25,229 nt of DNA from positions 1 through 25,229 of the forward strand of contig JBGCFM010000057.1 in the NCBI GenBank assembly GCA_045106895.1, in the 5' to 3' direction. The notes under the pieces are model-generated. The model had not been told where the DNA came from. It worked only from the letters and a program-made list of their open reading frames with translations, and did not search any database. Shown piece by piece: positions 16,012 through 24,636 of this stretch. Position 1 is the first letter of the stretch. Each line of letters begins with the position of its first letter. The translations under genes and the position numbers were made by a program. This DNA comes from Polyangiales bacterium (GTDB taxonomy: Bacteria; Myxococcota_A; Polyangia; Polyangiales; Houyiibacteriaceae).

Positions 16012-16506
16012 ATGACCCAGCCTTCGCCCCGCCGTCGTCGCATTCTTCAAGGGCTCTCCGCCGCCTCCGTGGCGAGCGCCCTCCCCGCTTTCGCCTTCAC
16101 CTCTCGCGGAGTGGCGCAGTTCGAGCAGTTTGAACACGAGGCCCTGAAACCGCGCGTGGAGCTTCTGTCCCAACGAGGATCCCAGCTGCAGCTCGCGTTC
16201 CACGTGCAGAGCGCTACCGATCAGCGCGTAATGCGCGTCTATCAGGTCCTGGCGTCCTACGTGGAGTACGCCGACGGGAGCACGCGGACGTTTCGCGCAC
16301 ACGTGCCGCGAGAGGCGGGTCGCGGCGACATCGCACGGCGCCTTCCGCCACCGACACCGAACATCATGGTGAGCGCGGGTGGCGAGGTCGAACTGGGACA
16401 GTTCGCTGCGACACTTCCTAACCGCGGCGAACGCGCGATGGCGCATTTTCGTCTTCGCGTCGGACCACAAACCCTACAAGCACCACCCATCGCGGTGCGG
16501 GCTTGA
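16012..16506 (+). CDS. Tat-signal hypothetical protein (paralog 1)
   Basis: PRRRRILQGLSAASVASALPAFA twin-arginine-type signal peptide. Confidence 0.75.
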   Translation: MTQPSPRRRRILQGLSAASVASALPAFAFTSRGVAQFEQFEHEALKPRVELLSQRGSQLQLAFHVQSATDQRVMRVYQVLASYVEYADGSTRTFRAHVPREAGRGDIARRLPPPTPNIMVSAGGEVELGQFAATLPNRGERAMAHFRLRVGPQTLQAPPIAVRA

Positions 16507-16985
16507 TGCGCAGACGCCGCTTGCTGACAGGTCTCTCGGCGGCGAGCGTTGCGGCGGCGTTGCCCAGCTTTGCCGCGCGCTCTCGGGCCGTCGCGCAGGA
16601 TACTCCGGTGCAGATCATCTCGCGCCTTGAACGCGGCGTGGCCGGGAGCCTCGGACGCGAATACCGCCTCTTCCTGAAGTCGTCCCACGTCCAAACGCTG
16701 CCGCAGACATTTCGAGTCTGGGAATCCTACCTGCTCTACCAAGACGGCGTGCGCCAGACGCTAAACGTTTCCGTCGTCAGCTCGCACGAGTTCACGCGCC
16801 TCGAGCGTTCTCGCCGCGCACCCCCGCGACTTCCGCCGCTCACCCTCGATCCAGAAAACGAAAGGCACGTCGCCACACTTTCGCTCCGGGCTCCAAATCC
16901 AAGAAACGAGCCCGGAAGAACTCAAATCGTCATGAGCCTCGCGGACCAGCGCTTCACGCTGCCCGAGGTGACGCTGATGGCGTAA
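16506..16985 (+). CDS. Tat-signal hypothetical protein (paralog 2)
   Basis: MRRRRLLTGLSAASVAAALPSFA; TGATG coupling; shares SY..Y.DG..T and RR.PP motifs with paralog 1. Confidence 0.75.
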   Translation: MRRRRLLTGLSAASVAAALPSFAARSRAVAQDTPVQIISRLERGVAGSLGREYRLFLKSSHVQTLPQTFRVWESYLLYQDGVRQTLNVSVVSSHEFTRLERSRRAPPRLPPLTLDPENERHVATLSLRAPNPRNEPGRTQIVMSLADQRFTLPEVTLMA

Positions 16986-16994
16986 GCTCATGTC

Positions 16995-17930
16995 GTGAGT
17001 GGCCCCCGCCGAAACGCCAATGAGCTCTTTGAGTTCGTATACGGACGTCCAATGCAAGAGCTGGCAGACGCCGAAGGGCGCTACCTCGGCGAGCATATCG
17101 CAGCGAAGTACGACGACGGTGAGGACGCGCAGCTGGTCTTTCGCGACCCCCGAGACCAAACGGGCCTGGTAGCCAACGTGGGCGCGTTGCATCAAGTGAC
17201 AGGCGCTTGGGCGACGGTGTTGCACCTCCTTTCGCCAGCGGCGGACTCCCCGAGCCTCATACAGATGCTTGACGCCACGCGGATGCCGCTTGCCCTCATC
17301 GCTCGTCGCTGGCTTCGTGGGCAGTCGGTCCCGCCAGCGCTCGCTGCGGCGTACAAAGCCTCCGTCGGCTACGGACAGATCTTGCGAACGTGGCTCCTGC
17401 GCGGCGCACCCACCGAAGCCCCAGAGCTGCACCCCTTCTTGGCTTTCATCGACGCCGAGGGCTGGCTCATCGGAAAAGACTATGTGTGTCCTGGGTCGCG
17501 GCGGGCCATCGCCGAAGGCTGGGTCGTTTTGTGCGGAGATTCTCCAAGCGACTTCGTCGAAGAGCCGCCGACCTTCGTCAACGAGGCCCAAGATGCGGCG
17601 CTCTTGAGAGACGCGTTGAGCTGTTTCGAAGGCCTCTTCTTCGCGCTCTACAGCCACGAGCGAAGCGTAGGCTCGCTTCCGAGCGTTCCAATGTCAGGGG
17701 TCGTCTTTCAGCTCGCCCCCTACGTGTCCGGCTACCGGCCGGAAGACTCGATGCGGCTTTCCGCGGATTCGCGCGTTGCAGACTTCGTTCGAGAGCTCAC
17801 GCCGAGCGTGGACGCGCGCGCACGCTTTGCGCGTCACGCCAGCGCCCTGCTCGCGCCATTCGCGGGGCAGGACGTCGCGCTAGACCCGTCTCTTTATGAG
17901 CGACTCTTCGAAAGAAGAGTTGTGGACTAA
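16995..17930 (+). CDS. Hypothetical protein (311 aa)
   Basis: Long ORF continuing the plus-strand run with protein-like composition; no family recognised. Confidence 0.7.
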   Translation: MSGPRRNANELFEFVYGRPMQELADAEGRYLGEHIAAKYDDGEDAQLVFRDPRDQTGLVANVGALHQVTGAWATVLHLLSPAADSPSLIQMLDATRMPLALIARRWLRGQSVPPALAAAYKASVGYGQILRTWLLRGAPTEAPELHPFLAFIDAEGWLIGKDYVCPGSRRAIAEGWVVLCGDSPSDFVEEPPTFVNEAQDAALLRDALSCFEGLFFALYSHERSVGSLPSVPMSGVVFQLAPYVSGYRPEDSMRLSADSRVADFVRELTPSVDARARFARHASALLAPFAGQDVALDPSLYERLFERRVVD

Positions 17931-18727
17931 GGCGTAACGATGCTCGCGCCTCGAATGTAGTCGAGGTTCGGGAACTGGGCGCGCAGGTACTCGTTGCCGC
18001 GAGACTGAATGAGCGCCTGGCTCGGCCCGCGACCGCCGGGTGCGCCTTCGCCGTAGCCACCGTGAATCTGATTGATGGTGTTCATGTCGCGGACGCGACC
18101 AAAGGGAGCGAAGCCCATTCCGTCGAGTCGTGCGTTGTTGCCGAAGTTGATGAAGAACTGCTGCACGCGGCTGTTGGGTCCGCTCGTCGCGAAACTAACC
18201 ATGCCCTGGGTGTTGCTCTGGGTAGGAGGGTCGTCCTGGATGGTCGCGTCGCGCCACGCTCGATTCACAGCGGGGTCGCCGTTGAGACCGACCTGAGCCA
18301 TGAACCCAGGAATGACGCGGAAGAACGCGATGTCGTTGAAGTAGCCGATGCGCACAAGATTGTAGAAGCGGTCCGCGCCAATGGGTGCCCAGCTTCGGGT
18401 GACGTCGACGAGGATTTCGCCCTTCGTTGTATCGAAACGAACCGTGTACTGCGCCGGCGCTGTTTCCGTGGCGAGGGCGGGGTTCAGAAGCGCTGGATTC
18501 GCCGGCCCGGAGGGAGCCACTTCATTTGCCTGGGCAACCTGCGGCTGAGCAGCCGGAGTGGAAGGCTGAGCGGTCTCCGAGGGAATTGTGACCTCTTCGA
18601 CGGACTCTGAGCCCGCCTGCTGATTCTCCCGCGCCTGCCGCTGCTGTGAATCATTGGGCTCGCTAGACTGGCAAGCTCCAAGGGCAAGTGCGGTAATAAC
18701 CACGACAAAAGCGCTCATTTTCTTCAT
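17927..18727 (-). CDS. Cyclophilin-type peptidyl-prolyl isomerase, lipoprotein
   Basis: Lipobox LGA|C, Q/P/A-rich linker, FDTTKG, APIGADRF, FFRVIPGFMAQ, QFFIN, FAPFG. Confidence 0.93.
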   Translation of the reverse strand: MKKMSAFVVVITALALGACQSSEPNDSQQRQARENQQAGSESVEEVTIPSETAQPSTPAAQPQVAQANEVAPSGPANPALLNPALATETAPAQYTVRFDTTKGEILVDVTRSWAPIGADRFYNLVRIGYFNDIAFFRVIPGFMAQVGLNGDPAVNRAWRDATIQDDPPTQSNTQGMVSFATSGPNSRVQQFFINFGNNARLDGMGFAPFGRVRDMNTINQIHGGYGEGAPGGRGPSQALIQSRGNEYLRAQFPNLDYIRGASIVTP

Positions 18728-18762
18728 TTGCGGACGATAGCAGTGCCGGCGCGGGGCGGCGA

Positions 18763-19929
18763 GTGAGCATGCACCATGAGCGTACTTTGACGGGCGCTCC
18801 TACCGTCTCGCTCGGACGCGTGGCATTCTCGTGGCCCGTGACCCGCTTGGCTCTAGGCGCTCTGGTTCTTATCGTCGTCGCCGCAGGGGCGTTTGGGGCA
18901 CTGAAGGCCCTCGACTACGCATCTGTGATCGCGTCCGCCAGTCGCAGCGTCCTCGTCGCGCCAGCGGACGAAACGAGCCCTGTCGGAACCCACGACGACA
19001 CGACGGCCGAACGCACAGCGCACGAAGACACAAGGGAGGCCGAAGGACCCGCGGTGGACGAGACCGAAGTCCCCGACTCCGACGCATCGTCGACGCTCGT
19101 CGCTCCCGTCATCGAAGAGTGGCTCCCGGACGCGAGACGATGTCACCGCCGAGGGCGCTATTTCTGCGACGGGCCGCGCCAAGTCCCTGCGCCCCATGGC
19201 GAAGCCGCCGAGCGGGCGGCTCGCCTCGAGCTCGGAACGCGCCGCACGTACGATCGAGTCCTCAGTGGGCCCGCAGACCCTGCTCTGCTCGCCGAGGCCG
19301 GCACCCCGGAAGACGATCTTTTGTGGCCCGTGCCTGAAGGAGTCCGAGGTCGTGGCTTTGGTTATGTACGACGAGACCGCCTTCGAGAACGTCTTCACCG
19401 CGGCGTCGACATCCCTGCTGCCGTAGGCGCGCTCGTTCGCTCGACAAACGAAGGCCTCGTCATCTACGCCGACAACGAAGTCCGGGGATACGGAAACCTC
19501 GTTGTGATTCTGCACGGCGACGACACGAGAACTCTCTACGCCCACCTTGAACGCGCGTATGTCTTCGCCGGCCAGAGCGTCTCGCGCGGAGAAGTCGTCG
19601 GAGCCGTGGGGCGTACGGGTTTGACCCGAGCGCCGCACCTTCACTTCGAATGGCGTCGCCGCGCGGTTCCCCGGAACCCGTCTCGTCGCTTCGTGGACCG
19701 CCCCGATCGAGAAACCGAACAGCGGCTCTACCGAGATCAGCTTCGACGCAGAGAAGAAGGCCGGGCTCGCCTGGCCGTTCAGCGGGAGGCGCGAGAGCGG
19801 CGTCAAGCGAGACGTGCCGCGCAAGAAGCGCGAACTACGTTGCTGCCCGAAGACACTTTGGCGCTCGACAATCACAGTGTTGACCCTAGCGCTGCGCAAC
19901 AGGCGACGGAGAACCATGCGATACCGTGA
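18763..19929 (+). CDS. M23 family peptidoglycan metalloendopeptidase
   Basis: N-terminal TM helix; WPV, HRGVD (HxxxD), GYGNLVVILH, YAHL, PHLHFE (HxH); charged coiled-coil tail. Start uncertain. Confidence 0.9.
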   Translation: MSMHHERTLTGAPTVSLGRVAFSWPVTRLALGALVLIVVAAGAFGALKALDYASVIASASRSVLVAPADETSPVGTHDDTTAERTAHEDTREAEGPAVDETEVPDSDASSTLVAPVIEEWLPDARRCHRRGRYFCDGPRQVPAPHGEAAERAARLELGTRRTYDRVLSGPADPALLAEAGTPEDDLLWPVPEGVRGRGFGYVRRDRLRERLHRGVDIPAAVGALVRSTNEGLVIYADNEVRGYGNLVVILHGDDTRTLYAHLERAYVFAGQSVSRGEVVGAVGRTGLTRAPHLHFEWRRRAVPRNPSRRFVDRPDRETEQRLYRDQLRRREEGRARLAVQREARERRQARRAAQEARTTLLPEDTLALDNHSVDPSAAQQATENHAIP

Positions 19930-20236
19930 CGAACGAGTTCATTGTCCACGATGCAAGAAGTCCGTGGAAGTGGAACGAGCCCATCCGATGTGGAAGCGAC
20001 TCAAGGTCGGCTGGTGGGTCGGCACTGCGATCATCGCCGTCCTCACGCCGATCATCGCCGCCGACGTCTTCTTCATGTCGCCCTTGGCCATCGCGTTCCT
20101 TCTGGGAGGCAGCACGATCATGCGCTACGCAAAACAGCCTCCGAGCTGCCGTCGCTGCCAGCTCGCCCTAGAGATCGAAGTTGAGCCGACGGGACCCATC
20201 CTTCGGCAATCAAAAGAACCGCCCGCTTCCTTCTAA
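19916..20236 (+). CDS. Small CxxC - hydrophobic hairpin - CxxC membrane protein (LITAF-like)
   Basis: GGAG SD + ATG 19916; HCPRC ... ~40 hydrophobic residues ... CRRC. Confidence 0.7.
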   Translation: MRYRDERVHCPRCKKSVEVERAHPMWKRLKVGWWVGTAIIAVLTPIIAADVFFMSPLAIAFLLGGSTIMRYAKQPPSCRRCQLALEIEVEPTGPILRQSKEPPASF

Positions 20237-20265
20237 GAGCGCGACGCGGGCGTCGCCTACGAGTT

Positions 20266-20453
20266 CAGCGCGTCGTGATCAAGGCGCGCAAGGCAAGGGC
20301 ATCTGTGGATGCCGAGCCGCAGCGCAACCCTGAGCACGACGTGCTGGGCGGCCTACGATTCTTCGTCCAGCGCGTCGTGATCAAGGCGCGCAAGGCAAGG
20401 GCATCTGTGGATGCCGAGCCGCAGCGCAACGCAGAGCACGACGTGCTGGGCGG
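20266..20453. repeat. Tandem pair of 86-bp structured (REP/MITE-like) repeats, period 102 bp
   Basis: 20266-20351 and 20368-20453 identical except 2 nt; each has imperfect terminal inverted repeats and an inner GGCATC-TGTG-GATGCC hairpin; lies between convergent genes. Confidence 0.9.
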
Positions 20454-20457
20454 AGAA

Positions 20458-23400
20458 TCAGCGGGACATCCGCCACCGGCGGACTACCCGCCCCTGCCCC
20501 ACGCGGGTCGTCGCTTGGCCCGCCGGAATCTCAAACTCAAACGTCCGAGTCTCGTCCATGACCTTGAGTCTTACGGACCCTCGAATCGGCGCAGACATGT
20601 CATCCGTCGTTCGACTCATCTCGACGTGATACGTCCCGGTTCCTGCTCGCCGGAGGCCGAGCCGTTCTTCTCCACGGTTGCGTCCGTTTGAACCGACAAC
20701 GTTGCGGCGGCCTCCCATCCAGCTGATGCGTGTTCCCTGCGGCGTCACGATGGAGAGGTCCAAGTCCGCGCCCCCAGTCCAGTTGGCGCTGGCGAGAAGA
20801 TCCGCGCGGCTCTCGGCGTTACGGCTTGTCGGCGTCGGTCGCTGCCGAACGAAGTGGCGCATCTCGGGCGTGAGCCGTGAGAGCACCTGTTCTGCGACAT
20901 CTCCGCGGCGGAGTCCCGTCAGACATCGCTCGGCGGCGGCGAAGCGATCCTGGGAGACCCGCGTGTCCCCACGCTCTACCTCCGCCAGGGAGACTCGGTG
21001 CGCACACGCGCGGGCCTCTTCCCCCGCACGGTCGAAGGCTCCCGCCATTCGTTCGTGCAGAATCACATTGTCCGGCTCGAGGTCGACGATACCCGAGAGC
21101 AAGCGGAGTGCTTGCGCCTGGTCGCCTCGGCGGCCGACGGCATCACTGAGGTACGTGAGCGCCTCCCAGTCTAGCCGGTCACGTTCTAGCCATGCACGTG
21201 CCGCGGTCTCGGCGCGCTCGAGTTGACCGGCGCGAGAGAGCGCGCGCACAAAGGAACGGTGTCGGTCGCGACTGTTCGGGTTGAGCCGCAAGGCCTCCTC
21301 CGTTTCGCGCACCTCCGTCATGGCGCGCTCGAGGTTCACGTCCCGCTGAACGCGTCCCTCGCGGAACCAGACTTTGCGCATGCGAATCATGGGTCCACGG
21401 CGCGCGCGGCGCATGGGTGGAGCCGCCGCGGGCATGGGGCGTTCCGCCAGAGAGTCGTCCATCTCCTCATCCGCGGCGTCTGCGCGCGGTGCTGACGACA
21501 TGGCCGAAGGTTGTCGGCTCGGCCGAGCGCTTCGAGTCGTGGCACGACCCGCAAGTCGGCCGAGCGCCCCCAAGCCCGCGCCACTGCCACCGCTCGCAGC
21601 GGCGCCGCCGGACTCGTCCTGCCCGACGGTCTGATAGTCCATCGCTTCGTCGCCGGTCCACTGGACCGTCGGGCGCGCTCGGTCGACGCCGAAGGCGCGG
21701 AACATGGCTTCACTCTCGAGGACAAGGAGCGAGGTGGAACGCGACATGACACCGTAACTCTTACTGAGCGCGACGACCTGGGTCTCATCGTCCACATCCG
21801 CTCGGTCTTCGAGGGCTTCGATGGTCTTCGCCGCCCAAAGACGAGGCACGAACGCGTTGCCCAAGGACTCACTCATCGTCAGCCGAATGGGGTAGCTCGC
21901 CTCGAAGCTCTCTCCTCCGACCTTGCCGCGCAACGTCACGTCGCCGGCGGCTCCGTCGCCCTCAATACGTGCCGCCACCAGGATCTCCTGACCCGAGCGA
22001 ATCACTGGAAGCTGAGCAGGCGCCACGGCTACCACGCCAGGCGGAAGCTCCAACGTCGCGCTCTCCAGAGCCGAACCATATGTGGTCTCCAGCACCGCCA
22101 TCGCCGCGGCGCGGCTTCGCTGACCCGGGACATAAGGCACGTACTGGCCTCCGCCGTTCCGAGCCATCGACGCGAGCACGCGAGCGTCCGCGTCCTGGCC
22201 GATTCCCACGGTCGTTAGGCGGAAGGAGAGCTCCTGTGCGACGACACTCACTTCATGGCTGAGTGTCCCTGTGTTGCGCAGGCCCACCGATGCGATTCCA
22301 TCGCCGATGTAGACGAGTCGCATCGGACGCGCGCCGCCCGCGCCGACGCCACGGGCGAGCATTGCCGCGGTACGCAACGACGAGGCGATATCCGACGCAC
22401 CTGCCGGCTCTTCTTTCCGAAGAAACACCCCGATGTCGGCGGCGGATTCTACCGAAGGAATCCGGGGTTCGCCGTCCAGCGGGCGACATTCCACATCACA
22501 GGCGACGACGAATACGCGGTCCCGGCGATCCATTTCGGAGGTGATCTGTTCGGCGAGGCGAGCCGCGCGTTCATAGCGTTCGCCGACCATGCTCTGTGAG
22601 GAGTCCACGACGATGACGTAGTCACTCGATGCTGCTCGCTCGCTCACCGGAAGTTGTGGCCGGAGCGCGAAGAGCGCGTAGCCTCGAGAGTCGCCGTGAA
22701 TGCGGCGCTGTGCTTCGAGAACGGCGGGGTCTTCGCGTGTTGATTCTGGTGGCGCAGCGGTCGCGTCTCCCCGGAAAGTCCACGCACGCAGTGCGGCGTC
22801 GCTATCCGGCATGTCGTAATCGATGATGACGTCGCCCGAGGGCAAGAAGCCTTCGTCGGCAAAGCGTAGGCGCTCATCGCTGCCTTCTCGAACCGTGTTC
22901 ATCTCATATCCGCGGACCTTGGCGTTCGCGGCACCGGCCACGCGAACGTCCATCTCGAAGTTCCCGACCATCGTCGAAGCGTCCGAGTCCATAGGAAGCG
23001 GGTACACGTAGCGGCGACCTTCGCCGTGAGGTGCGATGGTCTGCTCGTAAGAGATTCGGACCTCGCGTGACCCATGCGCAGGAATCGGGAAGATGCGCAG
23101 CTCAAAGCGTCCGCCCTGCTGCCACTCCAGGAGAGCCGGGTCGCGCCACGGACCTTCAACCCAGATAAACTCTTCTTCGCGACGCTGACGCTCAGGCGTC
23201 GCGTTGCGAATGACCCCGCGCCAAATCTGCTGCGCACGGTCCTTGGACACAAACGCTCCCTCCTGCCACTCGCCGTCCACCTTGAGTGTCAGGCTCGCGA
23301 TGCGCGCGTCTGGCGGAATCGGAAAGCTGTAGACCCCTTCGAGCTCGTCGTCGCTGTCGTTCTGAAAGCGCTCTTCGATCTCCGTGCGCGCGACGTTTCC

Positions 23401-24636
23401 GACGATTCGCACGTTCACGCTGTGGTGCGCCAAGCTCAGCGGACGCTCCTCTTCTTCTCGCTCGCCCGGTCGGTGGGCGCGAAGCTCTCCGAGACCCGGT
23501 GTTGGAAGGTCGTCGTCCGCGTTATCCAGCTCGGACCAAGCCACGGACTCGGCGATGTTCGTCGCCGGCACGACACGCGCGGCCACGCCCGGACGCATTA
23601 GCGCCTCTTCCCCCACTTTCACGTCTGCTGTGACATCGCCGGCGTGAACTCGAACGACGCCCTGGGTCACACGAACCGATCCCTGGTCCTCACTCGCCGT
23701 GAGGAGAAACTTCGTCCCAATGACTTCGATGTCGCCGGAGGGCGTCTCGAAGTAGGCGTTCGGCCCCTCTTCAAGATGCTCCACATCGGCGAGAATCTGG
23801 CCACGGCTGAGGCGCACGCGACGTCCTTCGCCGAGAAACGCGAGCTCCGTGTCGCGATCCAGAGTGAGCACCGTCCCATCACTGAGAGCGAGCTGCGCAC
23901 GTGTTTGGCGGTCTGTTCGCACCGTGGAACCGGCCGGAACTTCGCCGCCGGCGGCCAGCACGCTGGCCTGACCTTCGGCGTCCATGAGAGTGACGCCTTG
24001 GTCGCTAGGCTCGCCGCCCTGAAGCACCTGGCCGACGCTCGCGCTCCAGGCGTTGACGTCGATGGCGACGGGCGCGGCTGGCACCACCTCGCCGTCGTCG
24101 AGAAGCACGAGTGCGCCCGCCGCGGCGGCAGCGAGACCGAGCGCCGCAAACGCCGCGACAGCGCCGCGGCGCCCACTTCGGCCCGTGGACGAAGAAGAGC
24201 GGGTCGCTTTCGCAGAGTTCGCTTTCGCGGAGTTCGTTGATGCTGCGTCCGTCACGTTCGCAGATGCCGAAGCCGCTGCTGCGCCGGCGGGGGCGCTGGA
24301 GCTTCCGCTCTGGGGTGCCCAACGAGAGATCTCTTCGACCTTCGCGGGCTGCTGCGCCTGCATTTGGAGCATCGTGTCCGCGGTGCCTAAGTCCGCTGCT
24401 CCTGCTGCGCCATCGCGTGCGTCGAGCGCCTGGAAAACGCGCAGGGCCAAGTCGTCCGGCGCTACGTAGTCTGCCCCCGCGCCTTCCGCGGCGCGCGCCG
24501 CTTGCTCCGCTTCGTAGCGAATGTCACGGGCCTCGGCGGAGTCCGCGAGGAGGTCGGCGTGGCGCTCAAGGGCTGCGGCGTCTCCGGCGACGATGAGGGC
24601 CAGGTCGTCGAGAAAGTCTTCGTGTTGCTTGTTCAT
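20458..24636 (-). CDS. Putative anti-sigma factor: degenerate anti-sigma N-terminus - TM - FecR - VIT - vWA - TPR - YfaP/DUF2135-like C-terminus (1392 aa)
   Basis: TM GAVAAFAALGLAAAAAGALVLL; FecR (LSDGTVLTLDRDTEL, TPSGDIEVIGTKF); VIT (ARTEIEERFQN..LEGVYSFPIP, DPALLEW, IFPIP); vWA MIDAS DSSQS and YIGDG; TPR-like helices; WTGGADLDLSIVTPQG. ATGA-coupled to the ECF sigma gene. Confidence 0.85.
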   Translation of the reverse strand: MNKQHEDFLDDLALIVAGDAAALERHADLLADSAEARDIRYEAEQAARAAEGAGADYVAPDDLALRVFQALDARDGAAGAADLGTADTMLQMQAQQPAKVEEISRWAPQSGSSSAPAGAAAASASANVTDAASTNSAKANSAKATRSSSSTGRSGRRGAVAAFAALGLAAAAAGALVLLDDGEVVPAAPVAIDVNAWSASVGQVLQGGEPSDQGVTLMDAEGQASVLAAGGEVPAGSTVRTDRQTRAQLALSDGTVLTLDRDTELAFLGEGRRVRLSRGQILADVEHLEEGPNAYFETPSGDIEVIGTKFLLTASEDQGSVRVTQGVVRVHAGDVTADVKVGEEALMRPGVAARVVPATNIAESVAWSELDNADDDLPTPGLGELRAHRPGEREEEERPLSLAHHSVNVRIVGNVARTEIEERFQNDSDDELEGVYSFPIPPDARIASLTLKVDGEWQEGAFVSKDRAQQIWRGVIRNATPERQRREEEFIWVEGPWRDPALLEWQQGGRFELRIFPIPAHGSREVRISYEQTIAPHGEGRRYVYPLPMDSDASTMVGNFEMDVRVAGAANAKVRGYEMNTVREGSDERLRFADEGFLPSGDVIIDYDMPDSDAALRAWTFRGDATAAPPESTREDPAVLEAQRRIHGDSRGYALFALRPQLPVSERAASSDYVIVVDSSQSMVGERYERAARLAEQITSEMDRRDRVFVVACDVECRPLDGEPRIPSVESAADIGVFLRKEEPAGASDIASSLRTAAMLARGVGAGGARPMRLVYIGDGIASVGLRNTGTLSHEVSVVAQELSFRLTTVGIGQDADARVLASMARNGGGQYVPYVPGQRSRAAAMAVLETTYGSALESATLELPPGVVAVAPAQLPVIRSGQEILVAARIEGDGAAGDVTLRGKVGGESFEASYPIRLTMSESLGNAFVPRLWAAKTIEALEDRADVDDETQVVALSKSYGVMSRSTSLLVLESEAMFRAFGVDRARPTVQWTGDEAMDYQTVGQDESGGAAASGGSGAGLGALGRLAGRATTRSARPSRQPSAMSSAPRADAADEEMDDSLAERPMPAAAPPMRRARRGPMIRMRKVWFREGRVQRDVNLERAMTEVRETEEALRLNPNSRDRHRSFVRALSRAGQLERAETAARAWLERDRLDWEALTYLSDAVGRRGDQAQALRLLSGIVDLEPDNVILHERMAGAFDRAGEEARACAHRVSLAEVERGDTRVSQDRFAAAERCLTGLRRGDVAEQVLSRLTPEMRHFVRQRPTPTSRNAESRADLLASANWTGGADLDLSIVTPQGTRISWMGGRRNVVGSNGRNRGEERLGLRRAGTGTYHVEMSRTTDDMSAPIRGSVRLKVMDETRTFEFEIPAGQATTRVGQGRVVRRWRMSR

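Noticed and set aside
20266..20453. CRISPR array, or the 138-aa ORF 20275..20691 spanning the repeat
   Set aside because: Only two 86-bp units with a 16-bp gap and no cas genes; the ORF merely reads through the repeat and overlaps the large minus-strand gene.
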